NCBI GenBank assembly: GCA_963674735.2
Contig: CAXXQS010000001.1
Coordinates: 320,001-384,000, forward strand
From: Myxococcota bacterium
Lineage (GTDB): Bacteria; Myxococcota_A; SURF-8
Reading direction: 5' to 3'
DNA length: 64,000 nt
Of the stretch, positions 54,193 through 63,587 are shown one piece after another. Made by a program: the position numbers and the translations under genes. Under the pieces are notes generated by a model. The model was given only the letters and a program-made list of their open reading frames with translations. It was not told the DNA's origin and searched no databases. Position 1 is the first letter of the stretch. Every line of letters begins with the position of its first letter.

Positions 54193-55926
54193 TTACTGCA
54201 GTCCATACTTTTTCATTTTCCGATACAGTGTAACCCGGCTCATGCCGAGGGCTCGTGCCGCTTGACTGCGATTGCCGTTGCTGCGGCTTAAGGCGTCGCG
54301 GATGCGTCCGGCTTCGTCGTCGGCGATGACGGATTCGGGGCGGTAGCGGGGGATGGGCTGGTCTGCGAGTTCCGGCGGCAGATCTTCGGCGCGGATGCGA
54401 CGACCGGGAGCCAGGGCCACGGCGTATTCGATGACGTTGACCAGTTCTCGCACGTTGCCGGGCCAGGCGTAAGCGGAAAGTCGGGCCAGTGCGGGAGGCG
54501 TGAACGTAAGACCGCTGCGGCCCCGGTCTTCCGATATCGTCGCTAAAAGTCGTGTGGCGAGCAGCGGCAGATCGGAGCTGCGCTCGCGCAGGGGTGGCAA
54601 GTGCAAAGGAATCACCTTGATCCGGTAGTAGAGGTCGTGGCGAAAACGCCCCGCTTCGATCTCCTGGAGCAGGTCGCGATTGGTGGCGGCCAGGATGCGC
54701 ACATCGGCGCGGCGGGTGCGGCTTTCGCCCACGCGTTGAAAATCGCGTTCTTGTAGAAAGCGCAATAGTTTGGCCTGCAAGGTCGCGGGCATCTCTCCGA
54801 TTTCATCCAGGAACAGGCTTCCGCTTTCGGCGGTCTCGATGCGTCCCAGCCGATCCTTGATTGCGCCGGTGAAAGCGCCGCGCACGTGCCCGAACAATTC
54901 GCTTTCGAGCAGCGTCTCGGGTAGGGCGGCGCAGTTGACCGCTTCGAAGGGTTGATCGCGCCGGGGGGACAAGCCGTGCAGGGCGCGGGCGGCCATCTCT
55001 TTCCCGGTCCCCGATTCGCCGGTAATCAGCACGGTGGCGTCGGTGGGGGCCACCTGCTCGATCAGCCGGAAAACCTGCCGCATGGGCGCGCTGAGGCCGA
55101 TCATGCCCATCAGTTGCGCTCCGCTTTCGGCCGGGGACAAACCCGCTTGCAGGCGGCGGTCTTCGAGCAGCAGCACCGAACCCACGACCGTCCCCGATTC
55201 ATCGCGCAACGGAACGGCCGTCTCCACGATCGGCAGCGATTCTCCCTCGTGCGACCGGATGCGTGTCAGCCGGGAGGCCTCCGGCTGTTCGTGCTCCAGA
55301 CAGTGCAGGGCCGGGCAGTCGTTCTTGCATAAAGACGAACCGATGACCACGTGACAGAAACGGCCCAGTGCGTCGGCGCTTTGAATGCCGGTGAGCGTCT
55401 CGGCACGCCCGGAAAAATGCGTGATACGCCATTCAGGGTCGATGGTTACCACCCCTTCGCGAATACTGCCCAGAATGGCCGTTTTGAGGCGCTCGCGGGT
55501 CTCGATCTCGCCACGTTGCAGGCGGCATTCTTCCATGCGTTGCAACAGCGCGGTGCGGTCGCGCAACAGTTCCACGCCGCCGATCACCGTTCCTTCCTCG
55601 TCCTTGAGCACGAAGGCGCTTTTCTCCACCTGCAGACGGCGGCCGTCGCGGGCGATGAGTTCCACCTCGGCCTTGTCGATTTGGCCTTTTTCGAACAGGT
55701 TGCAGCGCTCCAAACAGTTCTGGCAGCGAATACCCGCAAGACAGTGACGGCCCAGCACGTCGGCGGCCGGGTAGCCGGTAAGGTCTTCCGCCTGGCGATT
55801 CCAAAAAACAATCGTCTGGTTGCGGTCGATGACGAACATGGCGTCGCCGAGGGTATCGAGAAAGCGTCGCAGGGTTCCCGGCTCGCGGGTCAGGGTGGCG
55901 ATCAGGTCCACGGAAGTGGGTGACAT
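54193..55926 (-). CDS. Sigma54-dependent enhancer-binding protein with two Cys-rich PAS domains and Fis HTH
   Basis: [51 protein letters not shown]. Confidence 0.95.
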   Translation of the reverse strand: MSPTSVDLIATLTREPGTLRRFLDTLGDAMFVIDRNQTIVFWNRQAEDLTGYPAADVLGRHCLAGIRCQNCLERCNLFEKGQIDKAEVELIARDGRRLQVEKSAFVLKDEEGTVIGGVELLRDRTALLQRMEECRLQRGEIETRERLKTAILGSIREGVVTIDPEWRITHFSGRAETLTGIQSADALGRFCHVVIGSSLCKNDCPALHCLEHEQPEASRLTRIRSHEGESLPIVETAVPLRDESGTVVGSVLLLEDRRLQAGLSPAESGAQLMGMIGLSAPMRQVFRLIEQVAPTDATVLITGESGTGKEMAARALHGLSPRRDQPFEAVNCAALPETLLESELFGHVRGAFTGAIKDRLGRIETAESGSLFLDEIGEMPATLQAKLLRFLQERDFQRVGESRTRRADVRILAATNRDLLQEIEAGRFRHDLYYRIKVIPLHLPPLRERSSDLPLLATRLLATISEDRGRSGLTFTPPALARLSAYAWPGNVRELVNVIEYAVALAPGRRIRAEDLPPELADQPIPRYRPESVIADDEAGRIRDALSRSNGNRSQAARALGMSRVTLYRKMKKYGLQ

Positions 55927-55944
55927 GGGGCATTCTCCATCGAG

Positions 55945-56005
55945 TGTAACAGTGTATGTTTCATCTGTAACTACATGGTTAACGTGTAACAGCTAGCATG
56001 AAACA
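55945..56005. promoter_or_regulatory. Probable enhancer (UAS) sites of the adjacent sigma54 activator
   Basis: TGTAACA-N5-TGTTTCA (55945-55963), TGTAACTACA, TGTAACA (55985) and TGAAACA (55999). Confidence 0.55.
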
Positions 56006-56057
56006 GTCTCGCTGTCAACTGGATAAAAATATCAGTAATATCAGCGGTGTAAGCTAT

Positions 56058-56072
56058 TGGCACGGATCTTGT
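56058..56072 (+). promoter_or_regulatory. Sigma54 -24/-12 promoter
   Basis: TGGCACG-GATC-TTGT, with an IHF-like ATATCAG tract between it and the UAS sites. Confidence 0.75.
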
Positions 56073-56100
56073 TATAGTTACAGGGTGAAAGGAGCACGCT

Positions 56101-56580
56101 ATGAACGAAATGCTGGCCAATCGCTACCTGTTAAACGGAGACCTCAAGCGCGCCATCGACGGCTATCGCCGCTTGCTGGCCGAGTGTCCCGACAGCGAAT
56201 CGGCACGTTGCCGACTGGTGCTGGCGTGTTTGGCCGAAGGGCGATTGGAAGAGGCGGCCGGTGAATTGAACGGCATGATTCGCAAAGCGGGTCTGGATGC
56301 GCTCGGCTGTCTTGAAAACAACAGCGAGCCGTTTCTCGCCCAGGTGATGCTCAGCGCCGATACGCCCATGACAAAAGGGCTGGGCCTGCTACTCAGCGGC
56401 GACCTGCAACGGGCTCTTTTCATGCTGAATAACGACAATCTGGCGGGTTTTCCCGCCGTGACCGATCTGCGCAGGCAGTTGGCCGACTTGGCGCGGGGTC
56501 TTAACGCATCCACGCACAACGACGACGACGCTGCCGAAAGCGATCGTGTCAATTCCTTATCGAACGAAAACCGTCAATGA
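56101..56580 (+). CDS. Small TPR-like protein
   Basis: AAAGGAG RBS; LANRYLLNGDLKRAIDGYRRLLAECPD TPR pattern. Confidence 0.7.
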   Translation: MNEMLANRYLLNGDLKRAIDGYRRLLAECPDSESARCRLVLACLAEGRLEEAAGELNGMIRKAGLDALGCLENNSEPFLAQVMLSADTPMTKGLGLLLSGDLQRALFMLNNDNLAGFPAVTDLRRQLADLARGLNASTHNDDDAAESDRVNSLSNENRQ

Positions 56581-56595
56581 AAATGGAGGTGTGCT

Positions 56596-57279
56596 ATGTC
56601 ATTACTACGTGAAGAAGATCGTCAAACCTTGATTCGAGAATTCGAAGGGCTGACTCGTTCCGTGCAGCTTTTGTTCTTCAGTCGCGAGACCGATTGCACG
56701 CATTGCGGCGAGACGCGCCAGGTGCTCGACGAACTGAGCGGTTTATCCGAGCGGATTACGGTGAAGGAAGTGTCTTTCGAAGAGGAGCGGGAGACCGCCG
56801 GCAAGTATCGCATAGACAAAGTCCCGGCGATTGTGGTATCGGATGAGAATGGAACGGATACAGGCGTCCGCTTTTTCGGCATCCCGGCCGGGTACGAGTT
56901 TGTCAGTCTGGTCGGTGCGGTGAAAGATGCGGGCAGCGGTGCGGTGGAACTCTCCCCGGCCGTGCAGGAGCAGGTACGCAGGATCGAAGATCCGGTACAC
57001 ATTCAGGTGTTTGTCACTCCCTCCTGCCCGTATTGTCCCGCTGCGGTGCGGCTTGCGCACCAGATGGCGCTGATCAATCCCAACATCACCGCCGATATGG
57101 TGGAGGCGACGGAATTTCCGCAGTTGGCCCAGCGTTACAATGTAAGAGGGGTGCCGCGCAGTGTGGTGAACGACGACTATCCGATCGAGGGTGCGGTGCC
57201 CGAACAGGCCTTCCTCGATACGGTTTTACGGGCGCTTGGAAAAGCCGAGACACCGATGCAAATGGCTGAACAGGCTTGA
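56596..57279 (+). CDS. Protein disulfide oxidoreductase (two-thioredoxin-fold PDO / AhpF N-terminal-like)
   Basis: CTHC and CPYC, RFFGIPAGYEF, VRGVP. Confidence 0.9.
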   Translation: MSLLREEDRQTLIREFEGLTRSVQLLFFSRETDCTHCGETRQVLDELSGLSERITVKEVSFEEERETAGKYRIDKVPAIVVSDENGTDTGVRFFGIPAGYEFVSLVGAVKDAGSGAVELSPAVQEQVRRIEDPVHIQVFVTPSCPYCPAAVRLAHQMALINPNITADMVEATEFPQLAQRYNVRGVPRSVVNDDYPIEGAVPEQAFLDTVLRALGKAETPMQMAEQA

Positions 57280-57295
57280 AATTAGGAGGTGCACG

Positions 57296-57685
57296 ATGGG
57301 ATTCATGAAATGGTTGGGACTTGATGATTGCAAAAAAGAGCCGTTGGCGCTCAGTGACGATAATTTCAAACAGGAAGTGGCCCAGTCGGACGTTCCGGTG
57401 TTGGTGGATGTGTGGTCTCAAGGCTGCCAGCCCTGTGCGACCCTGGCCCCGACGATCATGCGTCTGGCCTGCAAATACGAGGGCCAACTCAAGGTAACCC
57501 AGCTCAACACCGGTGCGGCCCCCAAGACCATGTCGCGTCTGGGAGTACGGGGAACGCCGACCGTCCTGTTCTTCAAAAACGGGCAGATCATCGAGCGGGT
57601 GGTGGGCGTGCGCGGTCAGCATTATTACGAGGATATCATCGAAAACGATCTGCTGGAATTGACCGACGACCAGCCGAGCAACTGA
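57296..57685 (+). CDS. Thioredoxin-family protein
   Basis: AGGAGG RBS; PVLVDVWSQGCQPC, VRGTPT. Confidence 0.88.
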   Translation: MGFMKWLGLDDCKKEPLALSDDNFKQEVAQSDVPVLVDVWSQGCQPCATLAPTIMRLACKYEGQLKVTQLNTGAAPKTMSRLGVRGTPTVLFFKNGQIIERVVGVRGQHYYEDIIENDLLELTDDQPSN

Positions 57686-57699
57686 GCGAGGAGAATGCG

Positions 57700-57879
57700 A
57701 TGAGTATGAACCGCAAGCGCTGGATCCGGTTGGGGATCGGCGCGGGAATCGGAGCCGGGATCGGCTTGGCCTACTATCTTTTTATCGGCTGCGAGTCGGG
57801 CGGCTGCCCGATCACCTCGAATCCCTATCTGACCACCGCCTATGGGGCCGTGTTCGGAGCGGTGATGACCGGCGTTTAG
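57700..57879 (+). CDS. Small two-TM protein with GCxxGxCPITSNP motif (DUF6132-like)
   Basis: GAGGAG RBS; YYLFIGCESGGCPITSNPY. Confidence 0.8.
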   Translation: MSMNRKRWIRLGIGAGIGAGIGLAYYLFIGCESGGCPITSNPYLTTAYGAVFGAVMTGV

Positions 57880-57897
57880 ACGCGAAAGGAACGGACC

Positions 57898-59079
57898 ATG
57901 GATTTCAGTTGGGCCGGATTGTTCGGGGCGGGACTGGTGACCTTCGTCACGCCCTGCGTGCTACCGCTCATCCCCATTTACCTGTCGGCGCTCATCGGCG
58001 GCGACATCCGTGAACTGGGCCGGGGCGTGGCCGGTCGCGGGGCGTTGATGACGCGCGCCTTCGCCTTTTCGGGCGGCTTCTTGCTGGTGTTTATCGTCCT
58101 GGGCATGACCGCCTCGGCGTTGGGCGGCTTTTTATCCTCCAACCAGGGGGCGCTCCGGCTTTTGGGCGGCATTCTGATTTTGCTGTTCGGCTTGAAATTT
58201 CTCGGCCTGATCCACATCCCTTTGTTCGATCGCATCGTGCGTGGCGACGACCGCAAGCTGCAGACGCGCTACGGCTTGTTCAACGCATTTGTCATGGGTG
58301 TCGTGTTCGCGGCGGGCTGGTCGCCCTGCGTGGGACCGGTTTTGGGATCGGTGCTGACCTACACGGCTTCCACCACGTCCAGCCCCTTGACGGGCGCCGC
58401 CTACCTGGGTGTTTACGGACTGGGATTCGCCGTGCCGCTTTTGTTGACGGCTTTGTTCGCCGAGGCGGGCGTGCGGCTGCTCAAGCGCATCAACCCCTAT
58501 CTGCCGCGCATCGAAAAGGCCGTGGGCGCGCTGATGCTGATCATCGCCGCCTCCTTCATTTTCGGAACCGGGCAGCCGGCGGCTTCTCCAGGAGTCGCTG
58601 GCGAATCGGTGGCGGTGGCCGACACCTTGAATTGTCAGCCGGAAGACCGCCTGCCGGTGATGGTGGAATTCTACTCGGCCGATTGCAGCATTTGCAAGCG
58701 TATGGCCCCGTTGGTGGACGGCATCGCCGGTCAGTGTCACGGCAACAAGGTGCTGGTGCGCCAGATCGACGTGTCGCAGCCGGAGAACCGGCATTACCTC
58801 GAAGCTCATCGCCTGGTGGGCGTGCCGACCTTCGTCTTTTTCGACGCGGAGGAGCAGGAGGTGGCGCGGCTGGTGGGCGAGCAGTCCGAGTCGTCGCTGC
58901 GTCAGGCGCTGTCGGTTTTGCGCGGCGAGCCTTGTCCCGGTTTGGGTGCGCTGCCGGGTACGCCGTCTGCGGATTTCCCGGTTGACGATGCGCCCCCGGT
59001 GGTCTGCGGGACTGGCGCCAAAGACGCCAAGGAGCCCGGCGTGGCCTGCGACACCCCCGATACCCCGGATACCCCGTAG
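57898..59079 (+). CDS. ccdA: CcdA/DsbD transmembrane domain fused to thioredoxin
   Basis: TPCVLPLIP, GWSPCVGP, C-terminal EFYSADCSIC...GVPT. Confidence 0.88.
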   Translation: MDFSWAGLFGAGLVTFVTPCVLPLIPIYLSALIGGDIRELGRGVAGRGALMTRAFAFSGGFLLVFIVLGMTASALGGFLSSNQGALRLLGGILILLFGLKFLGLIHIPLFDRIVRGDDRKLQTRYGLFNAFVMGVVFAAGWSPCVGPVLGSVLTYTASTTSSPLTGAAYLGVYGLGFAVPLLLTALFAEAGVRLLKRINPYLPRIEKAVGALMLIIAASFIFGTGQPAASPGVAGESVAVADTLNCQPEDRLPVMVEFYSADCSICKRMAPLVDGIAGQCHGNKVLVRQIDVSQPENRHYLEAHRLVGVPTFVFFDAEEQEVARLVGEQSESSLRQALSVLRGEPCPGLGALPGTPSADFPVDDAPPVVCGTGAKDAKEPGVACDTPDTPDTP

Positions 59080-59082
59080 GAG

Positions 59083-59177
59083 GGCGTTTCAATTCTGATT
59101 GAGTCTCGAATCATCTTCGATCGATGATGGGTGGCACGGGCTAAACCCCGTGTTGGAGCGCGTCTCCGACGGGCTCC
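59083..59177 (+). repeat. Copy C of the MITE (one end plus truncated REP) joined to a second REP family
   Basis: 59083-59147 matches copies A/B; 59148-59177 is identical to 62614-62643. Confidence 0.85.
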
Positions 59178-59260
59178 AGCGTTGCTGCCCGGCTACAATG
59201 AGGTATATGCAGCTGGCACTGGAGGTCAAACGGGATGCGGTTATGGGGTTGGATGGGTAG

Positions 59261-60145
59261 TTAAATTGCAGTTCGGGCAATTAAATAGTTTACGAAAGCG
59301 GAACAGGCGACCAGCATATATTTTGCATCCTCATATCGGGCAGTTGATTCACCCATCAAGGCATGTCTGATTCCACTATCATCACTTGTATAGCCATATA
59401 AATTCTCGAATCCAGATTTTAATGCAGGATGTAGTGTAAGGATATTTTGCTTTTGCAGTTCATTCAAGGCTGGTTTTAGTCCGCCGTTCTTTTTCCCCGA
59501 AAGGATATTGGATATGGATTCTACTGCACTTATTGATTCTTTGATACTGTTGCGGTAATCAGGGTTTTCACGATCCGAAAGCATTTGCACTGCACTTGAA
59601 AGGTGCTCTTTTGCAGGGCTGAAAAAATTGCTGGATGTTGCAGATAACCCCTCTTCTACTTCTGCGATTTCAGTTCTATCTGTTATTGGGACAAACTGGT
59701 TCTCAATGAATCGATACCCCGAATTCTCCCTTTCGAGGGTAGTGTTCAGGTATTCTAATGCAGCCTCATTATTTTCCACCCAACCAATCTTGAAAACAAA
59801 TTCTAAAAAATCATAGATTTTATACCACTCTGCATTCCTAAAAAACCAAACTCGTATGAAATCATATACTAATTGATTCGTATTTGGAATTGAATCGATA
59901 GGTTGTTTAAAGAAATCATGCCATAGGTGTTGGAAATATTTCGAGTATTGACGTCTATTGTAATCGGTTGTGCTTCCTCCAATAACACTACTAGATACTT
60001 TTGTATAAGGATGGGTGCTCATCGATGTAAACACATATTGTGTAAAGAAATCCCATAACCCATTTCTTAGAGGACCATTAATATTATCTATTTGGAAAAT
60101 ATTTGATGGCTTGACAAGTCTCATTCTTTCAGAAAAACTACTCAT
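59261..60145 (-). CDS. AbiJ-NTD4-like protein with putative HEPN-type C-terminus (candidate anti-phage)
   Basis: FSER...LRNGLW N-terminus, NSIKESISAVES, HPALK...LYGYTSD..GIRH...AFVNYL; much more AT-rich than its neighbours. Confidence 0.72.
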   Translation of the reverse strand: MSSFSERMRLVKPSNIFQIDNINGPLRNGLWDFFTQYVFTSMSTHPYTKVSSSVIGGSTTDYNRRQYSKYFQHLWHDFFKQPIDSIPNTNQLVYDFIRVWFFRNAEWYKIYDFLEFVFKIGWVENNEAALEYLNTTLERENSGYRFIENQFVPITDRTEIAEVEEGLSATSSNFFSPAKEHLSSAVQMLSDRENPDYRNSIKESISAVESISNILSGKKNGGLKPALNELQKQNILTLHPALKSGFENLYGYTSDDSGIRHALMGESTARYEDAKYMLVACSAFVNYLIARTAI

Positions 60146-60486
60146 TAAATCTCTACTGACCTCCGAACTTGGAATTTCCTAGGCACTATTTAGTCACACA
60201 TCAAAATAACATTCATAAACATATGATATCATAAAGCAAAATGGTGGAGGTGGGGGAGATCTTGCCTAGCGTCGTGTGCACCTCATATCCAGGCGATAGC
60301 AACACCCCGGCGAAACTCTGTCGCCTCCATGCAAAGAGCCGTAATCATGTTATTATTAAAACGATTAGCGGCGAAAGTCAATTGTCCCGTGCGAAATTAT
60401 TCGCTGGAGCCGTAAAGGAGTAGTTCGGATAATTTGTCATCCGCTATGCTCTAAAAACAAGCTCGCTCAATAAAGGCTACAAAATT

Positions 60487-60531
60487 CGCTCATCCCGGTG
60501 TTGCCTTTTGACAAACGGCGTATCGAGGGAG
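60487..60531 (+). repeat. REP-like element, inverted partner of 62516-62553
   Basis: CGCTCATCCCG...GCGTATCGAGGGAG; 14-bp exact and 10/11 matches to the reverse complement of the partner. Confidence 0.65.
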
Positions 60532-60622
60532 TTTTCGAACCACTTTCACTTCGCAAAATCACTCAGGCTGAGGGAACATACCATGAATCCCGGTCCCGCT
60601 CTCGTTGGAGGACGCCTTCCCT

Positions 60623-62338
60623 CTATTCGGCTCGGCTGATGCGGCCGTCGATTTCCTGGGTGATGGGTGAGTGCGCGGTGATGTAGCGGGTGACGGCTTC
60701 GCTGAGCAGCATGCCGAAATCGTAGGGTGCCACCGCCCCATCGGCCAACATTTCGTAGCCGTCGCCGCCTTGACGAATATAGCCATTGGTGGCAACGCGG
60801 TAGCTGGCGTCCAAATCCAATTCGACGAAGCCGCTTTCGTAGTTTCCGATTTCAACGCTTACCACGCGCGCGCCCGTCTCCATTGCCGGATCCCACAGCA
60901 AGCGCATGCCCGCAACTTGGAGGAAACGTCCCGTTCCGTCGCTGTCCGGGTCGGTGGCCACACTCACGCCGTATTCGATGGCATCGAGCAAGGTCTGGCC
61001 GTTCACTTCGAATGTCGAAATCGAGTTGCCGAAGGGGAGCGTGGTGTAAATTTCGGCCAGGCTGATATCGCCGATATCGATCCCGGCGCGGATGTTTCCG
61101 GAATTGATGAAGGCCAGCTCGACGTCATCGCCGGCCGTCTGCCACAGCATCGCCTCGGCGATAAGGTCGCCGAGATTGCATTCGTGAAATCGGCAAACGT
61201 CCCGGTCGCCGACGAGTTCGACTGCGCTTTGACCCACGATCGTGTTCTCGAAGCTTGCCAGAGCCTGCGCCATCGTTTCGACGAGAGCGCGGGTTTCGGC
61301 ATCCTCGGCGATGCCGGAGTTCATCCAAACGGTTTCGCCGCTCCATTGCTCGGGAATCAGAACGCCCTGCGCATCGAAGACGACATCGAGTCGGCCCATG
61401 TATTCTCCGTACTGCCCGGCCATGCCGATCAACACGGGCTCGCCGCTTGCGCTTTCGGTCACGAGGGGATAGGGCCCCGCGCGGTCGAGTTCCGGGTCGT
61501 TGGAAAGCAGACTGTGCGAGTGTCCGCCGATGATGATATCGATACCCGACAGTTGCGTGGCCAGCTCCTCGTCGCGGTCGAGACCGAGATGCGTGAGGGC
61601 AATGATGACGCGAACGCCTTGGTCCTCCAGGGAATCGATGGCCGCCTGGGCGGAAACGACGACGTCCTGAAATACGATCGCGTCACTGGGGCTGGACAGG
61701 GAGGCGGTCGACTCGGTGGTCAGGCCGAGGATGCCGACATGCACGCCGTCGATTTCGCGAATGAGAGTCGGTTGCAGCTTTTGTTTTAGCGCCGAATCGC
61801 CCGCATCGATGTTGGTGGCGACCATCGGAAAATCGAGTTGATCGATGAAGTCGGCCAGAACCTGCGGCCCGTCGTCGAACTCGTGATTGCCGGGAACCAT
61901 GGCGTCGTAGCGCTGCCGATTCATGAAGGTATAGGCTTCTTCTCCCTTGAACAAGTTGTAGAACAGCGTGCCCTGAAAGCGGTCTCCGGCATCGACGAGC
62001 AGCACGTGGTCCTCTTCCGCTCGCACGTTGGCGATATAGGTTGCGTGTCTGGCCACGCCGCCGAAGCAATTTCCCCCGGCGCTTTCGTCTTCGTCGCATT
62101 CCCCGTAATACGAATCGAAGCCCTCGATGTGGGCGTGTACGTCGTTGCTGTGCAGCAGGGTGAAGCTGACGGGCGTGTCGCTGGCGAAGTCCGACTCGTC
62201 GTCGATTTCGGATTCGCGATCCGCATCCACATCACGATCCGAATCGCCATCCATATCGACGTCCGCCTCTCCGCTGCAGGCGAGAAAACCGAATGACAGA
62301 AAGGCGGAAAGACAGAATAGACAGAGGACTCGATGCAT
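60623..62338 (-). CDS. ushA: 5'-nucleotidase/UDP-sugar hydrolase lipoprotein
   Basis: Lipobox FLAC, DGD linker, LLHSNDVH, DAGD, GNHEFD, THLG, GGHSH, INSGNIR, LPFGN, GGDGY. Confidence 0.9.
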   Translation of the reverse strand: MHRVLCLFCLSAFLSFGFLACSGEADVDMDGDSDRDVDADRESEIDDESDFASDTPVSFTLLHSNDVHAHIEGFDSYYGECDEDESAGGNCFGGVARHATYIANVRAEEDHVLLVDAGDRFQGTLFYNLFKGEEAYTFMNRQRYDAMVPGNHEFDDGPQVLADFIDQLDFPMVATNIDAGDSALKQKLQPTLIREIDGVHVGILGLTTESTASLSSPSDAIVFQDVVVSAQAAIDSLEDQGVRVIIALTHLGLDRDEELATQLSGIDIIIGGHSHSLLSNDPELDRAGPYPLVTESASGEPVLIGMAGQYGEYMGRLDVVFDAQGVLIPEQWSGETVWMNSGIAEDAETRALVETMAQALASFENTIVGQSAVELVGDRDVCRFHECNLGDLIAEAMLWQTAGDDVELAFINSGNIRAGIDIGDISLAEIYTTLPFGNSISTFEVNGQTLLDAIEYGVSVATDPDSDGTGRFLQVAGMRLLWDPAMETGARVVSVEIGNYESGFVELDLDASYRVATNGYIRQGGDGYEMLADGAVAPYDFGMLLSEAVTRYITAHSPITQEIDGRISRAE

Positions 62339-62482
62339 GGTTTTCACCTGACCGTAATGTTTTACGGGGGCATTATACCTGACGAGAACCGGGGAGCAAA
62401 GCCAATGGACAGCTATTGGGTGATGAAATGGAAAAAGAAAGGGCAAGGTGGTGTCCGTTTAGCAGGATGAGAAAAACCCCAA

Positions 62483-62643
62483 TGTTGGAGCGCGTCTCGG
62501 ACGGTATGGTCAGGGCTCCCTCGATACGCGCTTTGCGCGACTCGGGACGAGCGGGGCTTGTCACAGGCAAGCAGCCGTAGGAGGGGCAACTTGTTGCCCA
62601 GCGCTTGGGTAATCCGTGTTGGAGCGCGTCTCCGACGGGCTCC
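62483..62643 (+). repeat. Cluster of REP-like palindromes between ushA and sod
   Basis: TGTTGGAGCGCGTCTC(C/G)GACGG at 62483 and 62617; CTCCCTCGATACGC...CGGGACGAGCG at 62516-62553; GTAG-led GGGCAAC-TT-GTTGCCC at about 62577-62599. Confidence 0.75.
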
Positions 62644-62801
62644 CGATCTTGTGCTTTTCATCTTTACACAGAGTCAGAAACCGGGCCCAAGCTGCAATTT
62701 CGCCCGCCGCACCGAATTCAGGAATATCCGCCTCTGTTTTCCGCTCTTTCCAGCATGTCTGATTGAAATAAATAACCGAACGTTCGATAAAGGAGGCTGT
62801 C

Positions 62802-63437
62802 ATGCATAACACCATCGAAATCGGTAAGCACACGTTACCGTCGCTGCCGTATTCCTACGATGCCCTGGAGCCTTTCATCGATGCCAAAACGATGGAACTG
62901 CACCACAACAAGCATCATCAGGCCTACGTCAACGGACTCAACGCCGCCGAGTTGGCCCTGCGGGAAGCCCGCGACAAGGAAAACTTCAGCTCCATCGCCG
63001 CCTTGGAACGCGCCATCGCCTTTCACGGCAGCGGTCACAACAACCACCTCATTTTTTGGAGCAACATGAACGCCAAAGGGCTGGCGAAAACCGCTCCGGA
63101 AGGCAATTTGGCCGACGCGATCAATCGTGATTTCGGCAGTTTGAACAACTTACGGGCCCAGTTCAACGCCACCTCCGCCACCGTCGAAGGCAACGGCTGG
63201 GGCGTTTTGGCCTATCATCCCGGCTTCAATCGGCTCTACACCTTGTCGGTTTTGAACCATCAGAATCTGTCGGTTACCGGCGCGATTCCGCTTTTGATGC
63301 TGGATGTCTGGGAGCACGCCTATTACCTGAATTATCAAAATCGACGTCCCGATTACATCGCCAACTGGTGGAACGTGGTCGACTGGAAGAACGTCGAAGA
63401 GCGCTTCGCCACCGCGACCAAGCTCGTTACCGGTTAA
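62802..63437 (+). CDS. sod: Fe/Mn superoxide dismutase
   Basis: LPYSYDALEP, HHNKHH, NH...FW, DVWEHAYY; AAGGAGG RBS; metal type not determined. Confidence 0.95.
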   Translation: MHNTIEIGKHTLPSLPYSYDALEPFIDAKTMELHHNKHHQAYVNGLNAAELALREARDKENFSSIAALERAIAFHGSGHNNHLIFWSNMNAKGLAKTAPEGNLADAINRDFGSLNNLRAQFNATSATVEGNGWGVLAYHPGFNRLYTLSVLNHQNLSVTGAIPLLMLDVWEHAYYLNYQNRRPDYIANWWNVVDWKNVEERFATATKLVTG

Positions 63438-63457
63438 CCCAAGCGCTTTCGCTTTCG

Positions 63458-63490
63458 AAGGCTCCCCGACGTGGGAGCCTTTTCTTTTTC
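63458..63490 (+). terminator. Rho-independent terminator of sod
   Basis: AAGGCTCCC-CGACGT-GGGAGCCTT followed by a T-rich tract. Confidence 0.85.
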
Positions 63491-63587
63491 GGTACAGGGA
63501 TTCCCCCCTTTTCGCGCCATTGCCCTTGCTCTGCGTCCGCTTCTCCCTTATACTTCGGTCCGATCGGACCCGAACGCAGGAGGCGCT

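Noticed and set aside
56596-59079. Selenocysteine read-through in the redox genes
   Set aside because: All CxxC motifs use Cys codons, and the stops are followed by RBS and new starts
59140-59270. Integron attC after the AbiJ-like gene (ATTTAAC overlapping the stop)
   Set aside because: No complementary GTTRRRY at suitable distance, no L boxes and no integrase
60242-60330. Intact tRNA or tmRNA gene
   Set aside because: Only 15 bp resemble a 3' end; no T-loop or cloverleaf
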